Virus record (IMG/VR): IMGVR_UViG_3300011008_000999
Reading direction: 5' to 3' (one strand)
DNA from: a virus
Taxonomy: Duplodnaviria; Caudoviricetes
DNA length: 64,000 nt
The translations under genes and the position numbers were made by a program. Positions 39,801 through 49,294 of this stretch are shown one piece after another. Below the pieces are notes generated by a model. That model saw nothing but the letters and a program-made list of their open reading frames with translations. It did not search any database and was not told the DNA's origin. Numbering within the stretch: position 1 is the stretch's first letter; each line of letters begins with the position of its first letter.

Positions 39801-40835
39801 CTATATAATTTCTTTTAAGTAGCTAATATAGAACTCTATTTCTTGTCTGGACCATAATACTACATAATTAAGATTATTCTTTTGTGCAGTATCTCTCTTT
39901 TTTAGATCACTTTTTGTCCAAACATTAATAGCATTAGTGTATTGTTTATGTCCATTTTTTGCTTTATCTTTCCATATAGATAAAGTATCTAGATCGGCTT
40001 GACTATTTTTATCAAAGAAGTGATTATTATGTGACCAATATATATTAAGCTCTATATAAATATCATAGTCGATTAAATAAAAATCACAATAAAATGGATA
40101 TTTTGCTGAACTATATTGTGTCGTAAATCTTATACCAAGATTTGTTAATTCTTTCTCAAAATAATCTTCATCACTAGAATAATTACCATTCTGTCTCATA
40201 GTAGCATTAGCTTTTATTCTTGCATCTCTACTATTACCTGGATTAGTTGTTCCATATTTTTTCATTGATGTAGATATAATCTTATCTTTTACTGATGGAA
40301 GTTGATAAACATTAGTATATTGTTCACCATATTTATGTTTGATCGTATTAACTATACTCTCTTTATGAGAAGCTGATTTATTATAGCAAGTCATACAACC
40401 AATTCCAATTAAATGTTTTGTAGTTTGCTGACAAGTTTTACACCATTTTATAGTATCTTTTTCATGAGCTTTTTTCATATTTACTGAACCAGTTTTTAAT
40501 CCTACTTTACTAGAACTTATTCTAGCTTTTTCAGACTTATTTCGTTCAATCATGTGTTGTCTAGCTTGTTCTATATTTTTAGGATTACTTCTAAAAGTTT
40601 GATTCTGTTTTTCTATTTTGTCTGAATCTTTATTGGAACATTTACTACTACAATATGTATGAAAGCCGTTTGCAAGATTTATAAATTTAGTATCATTTCC
40701 GCAAACTTTACAAGTATGGTTACTATCAATATACTGTATATAGTACAAATCAGATGAAAGTTTATGAGCTTGTCTAATATGTGAACTTAGTGCTTTATAA
40801 CGTATAAAGTCTTTTTCACAAATTCTACATTTCAT
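39801..40835 (-). CDS. free-standing homing endonuclease (same family as the intron ORFs)
   Basis: CRIC..H..H, CKVCG..YCSSKC, KYG repeats, YPFYCDFY..IELNIYWSH. Overlaps the FtsK-B stop by 11 nt. Confidence 0.8.
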   Translation of the reverse strand: MKCRICEKDFIRYKALSSHIRQAHKLSSDLYYIQYIDSNHTCKVCGNDTKFINLANGFHTYCSSKCSNKDSDKIEKQNQTFRSNPKNIEQARQHMIERNKSEKARISSSKVGLKTGSVNMKKAHEKDTIKWCKTCQQTTKHLIGIGCMTCYNKSASHKESIVNTIKHKYGEQYTNVYQLPSVKDKIISTSMKKYGTTNPGNSRDARIKANATMRQNGNYSSDEDYFEKELTNLGIRFTTQYSSAKYPFYCDFYLIDYDIYIELNIYWSHNNHFFDKNSQADLDTLSIWKDKAKNGHKQYTNAINVWTKSDLKKRDTAQKNNLNYVVLWSRQEIEFYISYLKEII

Positions 40836-42117
40836 CTGATTGTACCTCCACAGATTGATCTATATAGATAGCCTTTCCACCGCCAGTTTGATAAATATAT
40901 GCTGCATCAAATGGATATGATTCTCCTCCATTCCATTTATTATTCCTAGTATCGGTAAATAAGAATAAATGGTTATCAGAGTTAATCATAAAACAACGTA
41001 CTGGTTTATTCTTAACTACTTTTACATCTGAAATTAAGTAATCTGTAAGATTTCCAGGAATAATATCACCAGATTTAACCTCTGATGCAGTTATTGGGCA
41101 TATTTTATCTTTTCGTAAAATTGCTAATTTGTGTACATCATCTGCATATAAAACTATACTGTCATCATTATACTGACTCAGTGCATCTAATGTAAACTTA
41201 TACAGTTTATTAGATTCGTGAATTTCATATACTGCAAGTACTTTGACTGGTTTATTTCCATATCCAAATACTTCATCACCGACTTCAATAGTCTTTATAG
41301 TTTTATATCCTTTAGTAGTAGGTACTATTGTATTTAATCCTAAAGGTGATCCAACGCATAAGGCCTGAGGAGCAGATGGTGTATCAACTGTTTTAGCAAT
41401 TTTTCCATCATCATAGATATAATTAGATCTACCTTCATTCTTGATCGAGTTCAAATTCCAGGAAACTTCTCCAAGTCCTGAAAGACCAATAGGAATAAAT
41501 TCTGGTGGTCTTAACCAACTTCCTTTATATTTTGCAATATGAGGTGGAAGTGGTGTTCCTACGAAAGCACATTCTCTTGCAGCAAAGTCAAATTCATTAA
41601 CCCACTCATAATTAGGCAGATACTTATTAAGTGATAAACACAAGTTAACTGCAACTTGTTCCTTGAATGTGTTAGGATTGATTTTAATCGTAATTCTGTT
41701 TATCTTAGTACCTTCATATCCTAATTGGAAAGGTGGATTGTTAATATCCTTTAATTCAAATTCGCCAGTTTCTTTATTTTTAACCTTCGAATCGTTAGAA
41801 ATAACTGGCTCAAGAACTCCAAATACAGCTAATAATTCTTCTCTTTGTTTAGTGACTATTACTTTTTTAATGGTAGCGAGAATTACCATTGTAATCAATA
41901 AACCAAAAGCGTATAAGCCGAGCAATACCCAAAAGATCTTATGACCTTTGAGTGGTAAAATCTGGAATAGTACACCTAAACCAAGAAGACCAACAAGTAT
42001 AAGAGCATCTCTTTTTGAATAAGAATATCCGACGCTATTGCCATCGCCGATGTTCAATATTTTATTTGTTACAAACTGAGCTACGGCGACGACTAAGAAA
42101 AATACAAATATAAACAT
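40825..42117 (-). CDS. FtsK/SpoIIIE-like ATPase B, N-terminal half with mini-intein and terminal IntN
   Basis: Three TMs, IPIGL, APQALCVGS [intein] TGGGK [AIYIDQSVEVQSDEM*]. Confidence 0.82.
   Translation of the reverse strand: MFIFVFFLVVAVAQFVTNKILNIGDGNSVGYSYSKRDALILVGLLGLGVLFQILPLKGHKIFWVLLGLYAFGLLITMVILATIKKVIVTKQREELLAVFGVLEPVISNDSKVKNKETGEFELKDINNPPFQLGYEGTKINRITIKINPNTFKEQVAVNLCLSLNKYLPNYEWVNEFDFAARECAFVGTPLPPHIAKYKGSWLRPPEFIPIGLSGLGEVSWNLNSIKNEGRSNYIYDDGKIAKTVDTPSAPQALCVGSPLGLNTIVPTTKGYKTIKTIEVGDEVFGYGNKPVKVLAVYEIHESNKLYKFTLDALSQYNDDSIVLYADDVHKLAILRKDKICPITASEVKSGDIIPGNLTDYLISDVKVVKNKPVRCFMINSDNHLFLFTDTRNNKWNGGESYPFDAAYIYQTGGGKAIYIDQSVEVQSDEM
40828..40872 (-). other. split intein B, N-terminal piece (15 aa, Ala1)
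   Basis: AIYIDQSVEV directly after the Walker A Lys resembles class 3 block A (ALxxDTxIxT), then stop. Confidence 0.6.
40888..41346 (-). other. contiguous class-3-like mini-intein (153 aa)
   Basis: PLGLNTIVPTTKGYKTIKTIEVGDEV.., ADDVH, block F PVRCFMINSDNHLFL, ends YIYQ before Thr. Removal gives GSTGGGK. Confidence 0.8.
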
Positions 42118-42195
42118 CGTCTGCCTCCTTATACTATTATTTGAAGTTCAGTATATAAAGTTTTACGTTTATTCGATTTTTCATAAGTCTTACCT

Positions 42196-42681
42196 CTACA
42201 TATCTTCTGAATCTACTGAGAGAATTTTACCTGTTTTTGTATCGATAATTCGCTGGTTAGAAGATCCTCTAAAGGCAAGTGTAGTATCTTTGAGGTCTAC
42301 TCTAAATTCACCATCAACTACTACATCTACATACTTCATTACTTCTAAGTCTTTTGAGTCTCTATATAAGTTTCCAGTATAAAGCCAAATAGTCTTATTA
42401 GGAAATCTTTCCTTAAACTCCTTACATAATTCAGTTACTTCAGGTAAGTTTTTCTTGTACAATGGATCACCACCTGAAAGAGTTAATCCATCAATCTGAT
42501 CTGTTATACAGCTAAATAAATATTCTTTTACTTCTTTTGTGAATGGTTGTCCAGCATTAGGATTCCAAGATTCCTTGTTATGACATTCCTTGCAATGATG
42601 ATGGCAGCCTGCAACAAACAGAACAGTTCTCCAACCTTCACCATCAGCTAAGCTGGTACGATAAATAGTCATATAATTCAT
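42196..42681 (-). CDS. nrdG: anaerobic ribonucleotide reductase activase
   Basis: DGEGWRTVLFVAGCHHHCKECHN, LSGGDPL, FRGSSNQRII. Confidence 0.93.
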   Translation of the reverse strand: MNYMTIYRTSLADGEGWRTVLFVAGCHHHCKECHNKESWNPNAGQPFTKEVKEYLFSCITDQIDGLTLSGGDPLYKKNLPEVTELCKEFKERFPNKTIWLYTGNLYRDSKDLEVMKYVDVVVDGEFRVDLKDTTLAFRGSSNQRIIDTKTGKILSVDSEDM

Positions 42682-42743
42682 AATTTGCCTCCATTGATAG
42701 GTCACCTTTTACCTATCAATTTCTTTTCCGTGGTTTTATAAGG

Positions 42744-44489
42744 TTACTTTATTCGTCTAAGCATTTGCTTTGCAAATAATATTAGACTTAATATAAATGC
42801 TATGATCGATCCGACTATACTATAAATAGATATGCCAAATACAAGTGGTTCAATTCTAGCAGCACATAAGATAGCTGAACCTATAATAAAAGAACAAATA
42901 ACAAGTGCTAAAAACAGACCTGATAATGAGTGTTTGAACTCTTTCACTACAGTATCAGTATTATCAATATTCAAATTGATCTTAGCTTGTCCTCTTAAAA
43001 TAGCTCTTAACATATCATTTGTTAATGCCGGTAATTCGATTCCTTTTTGTAGAGATGTAACTGCATTCTGAACATTCTCGCCAATTATTTGTTTGATTTT
43101 ATCAGTTTCAAAAATATCTCTTAAAATGAAATCACGTAGAATTGTCATAAGATTAAGTTCATCAGTTAAACCTATAAGTACACCTTCAAGTGTTACTAAT
43201 CCTCTTGCTAATATGTTTATCGTTGATGAAAGCTGTAATCCATTAGCATTAACTGCTGATAGGATGTCACTTAACATAACACTTATATTTATCTCTTTTA
43301 AGTCGACTGAACTATACTTAGTTACAAGATAGTCTACGTCTGTATATAATTTTGCCTGATCTATTGGTTTATTTGTAGTAGTTAGACTCATTAGTGCAAA
43401 TATCAAAGCATGTGTATCTCTTTGAGTAATTGCAGTAATTGCCTTTTTTAAGGCCGCTTGTTCTGATCTAGGTACATGATGTACCATACCAAAATCAATC
43501 CAAACTATTTCAGGTATATCGTCATTCATTCTTATAAATATATTACCTTGATGTGGATCAGCGTGAAAAAATTCTTCGTTCAAAACCAGTGCAATAAAAT
43601 TCTGCGCAAGTCTATTACCGAGTTCTTTACAATCAATCTCAGGTTTATTAGGTGCTTCATCAATACCGAAACCATCTATAAACTCCATAGTAAGAACTTT
43701 TTATGTAGTGTACTCTTCATAAATCTTAGGACACGTAACATTTTTGTAGTGAGACATTGCATTTCTAAATTTTATTGTATTTGTGGCTTCAACGAAGAAG
43801 TTTAATTCTTGCTGTGTAATCTTCCATAAGTCATCTAATAACTTATATAGATCCACTCCACCAAGACCAGGAGCAAGTTTAAGTGGTCTTAAAACCATTC
43901 TAAATAACATAATATCCTGACGCATGATTATATCAATATCAGGTCTTTGGATTTTTACTACCACTTTTTGATTATTGCTTTTGAGAATTGCTTTATGAAC
44001 TTGACCAATACTAGCAGAACCTATAGGTTTTCTATTGAATGATGAAAACACTTCATCTACTGGTTTACCAAGTTCATGTTCAACAATAGAAGAAATAACT
44101 TCATACTCTAAAACGTTTGAATCAGAACAGAGTTTCTCTAATTCTTTACAATATGTTTTAGGCAGAAGTTCATTTCTTTTAGACATGATTTGACCTAATT
44201 TAACAAATGTAGGTCCTAAATCTTCTAATAACATTCTTAACTTTGTAGGTGTTAAACCGTCTTTAGTTAGTTTATGCTTTCTAATTACTTTTAGAATTTT
44301 CCAAGCTCTTTGACGTTTTTCCTTTAGTGTAGCGCCAGGAATATCTTCTTGAGTTTTAAAAATTCGGTTCACGATCTTATTGTTGTCATCCAGACCATAA
44401 ACCTTATACTCGTAAGTTTCTACGTCAATATCACTAAGTTTTATAGGAGTGGATGTAGACAATAATTCAGGATTATTTGACTTTTTCAT
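42744..44489 (-). pseudogene. ABC1/UbiB (AarF) family kinase with in-frame TAA
   Basis: LGPTFVKLGQ, SASIGQVH, VVKIQRP, YTT*KVLTMEFIDG (TAA 43701-43703), FFHADPHQGN, IDFG. Confidence 0.85.
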
Positions 44490-44536
44490 CTAAATCTCCT
44501 ATAAGTCTTATTGTTTAATTTCCACACGACTAAGTA

Positions 44537-44737
44537 TTAAGAAATAATCTCAAATACATTAAGTTCTGCTTCTCCGTACTCAGTCAATTTATCAATCGCC
44601 TTCTGAGCTGATTCTACTGAAACAAATTTCTTTGCTTCGCCTTCATTGAAAGTATTTACAAAATGTTTGTTTTTATAATCAATGTACTTTACAAATCCAT
44701 TCTCATGACTATAAGTATTTGTCCACTTAATTTTCAT
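44537..44737 (-). CDS. hypothetical protein
   Basis: ORF. Confidence 0.55.
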   Translation of the reverse strand: MKIKWTNTYSHENGFVKYIDYKNKHFVNTFNEGEAKKFVSVESAQKAIDKLTEYGEAELNVFEIIS

Positions 44738-44764
44738 ACTTTGTAATTTCCTTTCTTTAGATTT

Positions 44765-45067
44765 TTACTCTCTAGCATCTTCATACATAGTTGTAATACG
44801 AGCTTCTAATTCACTATCATTTTCATTAATATCAACATCAAGTATTACATCTCTTGGATTATCTCCAAATTTCTGCTTATTACATTCGCCACACATTTTA
44901 GAGACAAAAATCTCACGATATGTAGAAGGGAAAAATTGCGGATTAAAAATCTCCTGAATAGGTCTGCTTCTACGCATAGATTCCTCTAATTTTGATCTAG
45001 TAACAAATGTAGCTCTTTCTTTATAACAAAATGCGCAAGTAAATTCGTGTCTTTCTAAACGTTCCAT
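44765..45067 (-). CDS. Zn-binding hypothetical protein
   Basis: CAFC..CGEC. Confidence 0.6.
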   Translation of the reverse strand: MERLERHEFTCAFCYKERATFVTRSKLEESMRRSRPIQEIFNPQFFPSTYREIFVSKMCGECNKQKFGDNPRDVILDVDINENDSELEARITTMYEDARE

Positions 45068-45268
45068 GATTATTTCCTCCTATAGTCTTAAATTGACTAT
45101 CTAGTTACTTAATTTCTTTAATATATAAACTATAAACTGCATAAAAAGATGTTCCCAGATGTCATTCTAGGAACCTCTAGAGACAATAAAATGAGTGCAA
45201 TAGTTATTACCTCCATTGCACTCATCCATACTTTAATTATATAATTAAATAGCTCTTATTTAAGCTTT

Positions 45269-46567
45269 TTAATCAGCAAGCTCAACAAGATATCTGCAAG
45301 CTACCTGAGCTTTATCATATACGATAACTTCATCTCTTCGAATATATGAAGCAGAATTCGCATGAGCATGTACTGACTGATAACCCATCTTTCTGAATTT
45401 CTCAAACTTCTTACCATCAAGATCACAAACACGGATTTCTCCATTAATTCGATCATAGTTATTAGTGCAATCGAATGAATTGCCTTTAATAACTGCATTT
45501 ACAAACATCCATCTGGATCTACGATCTGAATCTCTTCTTGTATAGTTCCATGATTTATTAGGACTCGGTGCGCTATAGATACCATCACCGAATGCAGATC
45601 CACAATAAGCAGCGTTTGCAGGTCGAATGATAAGACCATTTGCCATGATCGAAAGAACGTTCTCAGCACCAGTACCATGCCAGTACAACTTAATGTTTGT
45701 ATCACAATCTTCAAGACCATTGGTCTTAAGATACTCAGCAAACTCAGTATCTCTTACCGGATTTGCCACTTTATACACATTCTTAACTCTGAAAGATCCA
45801 GAATCAGATTCTTTCTTGAGTTTATCTTCGATCATCTTAACTTCCTTAGCAGTTGCAGTAGTAAAACCAAAACCAAATGCCTGCGAAATAGTATTTACAC
45901 CGTCTGCATTATTAGTTGCTTTACTCTGAAGGACAATGTTATCCAACAGTGACTGCTCATTACTAATATACTTATCGAGGTCTTCTGCTTTAGGAAGCTG
46001 TGTAGGATTATAGACTGCATCTCGTACATTCTTGATCTTTCTAGGAATGATCGTCCAAATCTTCAACAGCGCCTTATTAAACTGATCAGCACAGTCCTTA
46101 ATGAAGCTTGCCTTTGTCTGAGAATTATCTGTAACTCCCTTTTTCTTACACCAGTCTTTATAGCTATCAGGTGTAGCGAAGTCATTCTTAATAGTAGTAA
46201 GTGTATTGATAAGGTCCTGAACTTCTGCAATAGTAGCAGCATTCAACGTACCAATGTCAGTCTGATTAGAGACGTACTGTCTCGAAATGGCAAGTAGATG
46301 ATTGAGCAACTTCTCAATTTCCGGATCATTCTCAGGTTTGTAACCTTTCGTAACTGTCGTCGTCTTAGAAATGTCCTGATAACCTTTCTTCACCTTTGAA
46401 TTGTACTTAGATGACCAATCCTTAATAGGATAAGTAGTCTTAGTTCCATCAGTACCAACTCTTCCCCATGTTACAGTAAATGTTCCATCATTATTATCAT
46501 GCATGTGATAGAACTTGTTATGATTATCAGCGGTTACCATAATGAGCTTTACATCTGCGTTTGCCAT
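45269..46567 (-). CDS. WGR-domain PARP-like ADP-ribosyltransferase
   Basis: NKFY..VTWGRVG (WGR). YWHGT, FGDGIYSA, DEVIVY (H-Y-E triad). Confidence 0.88.
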   Translation of the reverse strand: MANADVKLIMVTADNHNKFYHMHDNNDGTFTVTWGRVGTDGTKTTYPIKDWSSKYNSKVKKGYQDISKTTTVTKGYKPENDPEIEKLLNHLLAISRQYVSNQTDIGTLNAATIAEVQDLINTLTTIKNDFATPDSYKDWCKKKGVTDNSQTKASFIKDCADQFNKALLKIWTIIPRKIKNVRDAVYNPTQLPKAEDLDKYISNEQSLLDNIVLQSKATNNADGVNTISQAFGFGFTTATAKEVKMIEDKLKKESDSGSFRVKNVYKVANPVRDTEFAEYLKTNGLEDCDTNIKLYWHGTGAENVLSIMANGLIIRPANAAYCGSAFGDGIYSAPSPNKSWNYTRRDSDRRSRWMFVNAVIKGNSFDCTNNYDRINGEIRVCDLDGKKFEKFRKMGYQSVHAHANSASYIRRDEVIVYDKAQVACRYLVELAD

Positions 46568-46701
46568 GCTTTTTACCTCTTTTCTTATATCTTACGTTGT
46601 GTGTTGTTGGTATAACCAACCTTATTAGATCTTAAATTTATTATATCAAGAAATAGTATAATAGTATAAATGTAAATAGTTTAGTTAAAATATTTTTAGC
46701 T

Positions 46702-46905
46702 TTATACTTCAGGAATTTTTACTCCAAGTTCCTTAGCAATAACTGCAAATGCAAAAGCTACTTCTCTGCGCTGTGATTCTGGAAATTTCTCTGCAATATT
46801 TGCAGTATCACTATCGCTGTCCAACGTATCATTGACAGTTTTAACTAACTGCTCAATAGGGTACATTTTTTCTTTAATATAATAAGCTGAAATATGTTTA
46901 TCCAT
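46702..46905 (-). CDS. hypothetical protein
   Basis: ORF with RBS. Confidence 0.55.
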   Translation of the reverse strand: MDKHISAYYIKEKMYPIEQLVKTVNDTLDSDSDTANIAEKFPESQRREVAFAFAVIAKELGVKIPEV

Positions 46906-46923
46906 ATAATGATCTCCTTTCTT

Positions 46924-47292
46924 TTATATATGTATTCCTGAGAACTTGCCTAATGATCTAAAATATTCAGCAACTTTCTTATAATGTTTAGGATAGTATT
47001 CAGAACTTACACTATGAATATAAGTTGATTTATCATCGATTGATATCGATACTTCAGGTCCATCACACAATCCAGGCTGATCATAATAATCTTTCCATTT
47101 ACTAACTATTTTTGCAATTTTATTTATTTTTGACCTATCAAATTTTGTTATTTCTCTTGATACAGAATTAATAGTTTCGTCATTAAATTTATATTCTTTA
47201 ACATCAATACGGTTGTCTGCACAATCAATTGTAACCTCAGTTGTATTAGATCCATATCCACCATTAGAAAATGTAAGTTTAGTAAATTCCAT
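46924..47292 (-). CDS. hypothetical protein
   Basis: ORF with RBS. Confidence 0.6.
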   Translation of the reverse strand: MEFTKLTFSNGGYGSNTTEVTIDCADNRIDVKEYKFNDETINSVSREITKFDRSKINKIAKIVSKWKDYYDQPGLCDGPEVSISIDDKSTYIHSVSSEYYPKHYKKVAEYFRSLGKFSGIHI

Positions 47293-47306
47293 ACATAATA
47301 CTCCTT

Positions 47307-47579
47307 TTAATCATCTAAATCCTGGAAGATTTTAATTTCACTAGAATCACCTAGTTCTTCTACTAAATCTGGAAGATGATCATCACAGTATGCATCATGT
47401 TCTTTTACTTTTTCTCCATGTTGTTTATAATATACTTCAAATACGTGTGCATTATACTTATCAGTTCTATGACCGATAATATTACAGCATTCTTCTGGAT
47501 CTCTTCCAATATAACGTCCCAATATTACTGCTCCATCAAGACGTCTATATCTATACCAATGATTAAGTTCAAATCTCAT
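47307..47579 (-). CDS. hypothetical protein
   Basis: ORF. Confidence 0.6.
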   Translation of the reverse strand: MRFELNHWYRYRRLDGAVILGRYIGRDPEECCNIIGHRTDKYNAHVFEVYYKQHGEKVKEHDAYCDDHLPDLVEELGDSSEIKIFQDLDD

Positions 47580-47581
47580 AA

Positions 47582-47938
47582 CTACACCTCTTCAAAATAA
47601 TATGAATTAGGTAATTGACCACCTACTTCTAGAAAGTCACTATACTTTTTATCTATAATAATATCTTGGCCAAACTTTGACATTTGATTTACACAATGTT
47701 GATGATAACTAGGACTATTATCACCATAACATTCAGGTTCAAGATCAAACGTTAATATAAATTCATGCTTAACTTCATCAGTATATTCTTCTTCATGGTA
47801 TCTAGTATCGATATTAGTAATTATTACTAAATAATCTCTTTTTAACCATTCATGTGAATTAAACTTTATTCGACCTTCTATAGTTCGCATTTGATCATGT
47901 GTCATTTTATCTGGATAATTAAGTACAAACTTAAACAT
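47582..47938 (-). CDS. hypothetical protein
   Basis: ORF. Confidence 0.6.
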   Translation of the reverse strand: MFKFVLNYPDKMTHDQMRTIEGRIKFNSHEWLKRDYLVIITNIDTRYHEEEYTDEVKHEFILTFDLEPECYGDNSPSYHQHCVNQMSKFGQDIIIDKKYSDFLEVGGQLPNSYYFEEV

Positions 47939-47939
47939 A

Positions 47940-48260
47940 TTAAACCTCCTTCAAATATCCAATAGACTGTGCAAAATTTATGAATAACTCATTAAGTCTA
48001 TCAATATTTTTATCAATAAAATTCTGCTGTTCTTCAGTACGTTCTCTTTCAATAAATCCCCAAACCGGTTCAGTAAATACAAACCTAGTTTGTTTAGAAC
48101 GTTTAGGTTTATAATCCATAACTGCAATAGCAAATCTATCTTCTGAATTGATTTCATCAGTTAATATCCACACATACGTACAATAATGGTCTCTAGATAA
48201 TTTGCTGATATATGCAGGAAGTTGTATATGTTCACTTGACATTCCAGTAAATTTAATCAT
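47940..48260 (-). CDS. hypothetical protein
   Basis: ORF. Confidence 0.6.
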   Translation of the reverse strand: MIKFTGMSSEHIQLPAYISKLSRDHYCTYVWILTDEINSEDRFAIAVMDYKPKRSKQTRFVFTEPVWGFIERERTEEQQNFIDKNIDRLNELFINFAQSIGYLKEV

Positions 48261-48263
48261 ATA

Positions 48264-48491
48264 TTACTCCTCAATAAGAATATCTAAATGGTTATCAACT
48301 ACATTAACATTAATTACATTAAAACTCTTAAAATTATTATCTGGCCACTGTTCATTTAAGTAATTAGAATAACCATAAAGCTTTCCACTATATAATAGCT
48401 GTCCACCTACACCAATTCGACTATTATTATATAACTTTATAACAACTAGTGTGTCATTGCAAAATACTTTAGTTAATTCTCCAAGTGTCAT
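48264..48491 (-). CDS. hypothetical protein
   Basis: ORF with AAGGAGG RBS. Confidence 0.6.
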   Translation of the reverse strand: MTLGELTKVFCNDTLVVIKLYNNSRIGVGGQLLYSGKLYGYSNYLNEQWPDNNFKSFNVINVNVVDNHLDILIEE

Positions 48492-48555
48492 ATCTATACC
48501 TCCTTAAAAAACAAATGCCAACACTCAATTAAGAGCATTGGCATTTTTCTCATTC

Positions 48556-49110
48556 TTACATAATCTCTTCAGGTGTTCCGATAGGTCTTACATATTTACC
48601 ACCAGCAGAGCCAGATTCAATCTTATAATCGTCAATCCAGTACTTAATATTGTTTCTCTTTGCATTAAGTCTGCTTGCTTTATCAAATGTACTACGAAGG
48701 ATTCCATCCTTAGGTGTCTGAATATATGCGTGAATAGATTTATCATCACTGGCTTTATCACGATCCATATAGATAGTGTGATAAGACTCATATTCCTGAA
48801 CATTCTCAAGGAATCCATCAATTGTATCGTCAATAGTTTCGTTTTTCTTAAGTTTAAAAGTCTTAAGAACACTTCTATGTCTGAAACTATAATCATCAGT
48901 AATATTAAGACTATCAGTTACACCTGCAAGTGCGATCTGTACAGTTTCGATCATCTCAAGCATCTGAGAGTTCTTCATATATTTTCCAGCATCTAAATCT
49001 TCCATACATACATCAGGAAGATCAAGCACTTTACTAGAACTACTATCCTCAATTTCCCATCCACTAAGCGAAGTCTGTGATCTCTGAACCTTAAAAATTC
49101 TCTGTACCAT
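48556..49110 (-). CDS. hypothetical protein
   Basis: ORF flanked by promoter (49205-49240) and terminator (48506-48548). Confidence 0.7.
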   Translation of the reverse strand: MVQRIFKVQRSQTSLSGWEIEDSSSSKVLDLPDVCMEDLDAGKYMKNSQMLEMIETVQIALAGVTDSLNITDDYSFRHRSVLKTFKLKKNETIDDTIDGFLENVQEYESYHTIYMDRDKASDDKSIHAYIQTPKDGILRSTFDKASRLNAKRNNIKYWIDDYKIESGSAGGKYVRPIGTPEEIM

Positions 49111-49294
49111 AATAATTTGTCTCCTTTTAATAAATTCTATTTTTCGATCTTTATAAAAGTAAGTTCATTACTATATAAATAAATAGCTCTTTAACTATAA
49201 TCTTATTATAACACAGTTGTTATAAAAAGTAAATAGTATTACAATAAAAAGATATAGCCTTTAATTAAAAAAGACTATATCTTTTTGTTATTTT

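Noticed and set aside
10107-42117. FtsK-B N-half splicing onto the FtsK-A C-half
   Set aside because: This would give GSTGGGK-SGKS, a duplicated P-loop. Block F would also be supplied twice and the intein classes differ.
49272-49285. AAGATATAGTCT identical to the group I S element downstream of the nrdD-linked nuclease
   Set aside because: It forms one arm of a terminator hairpin and I found no P, Q or R elements nearby.
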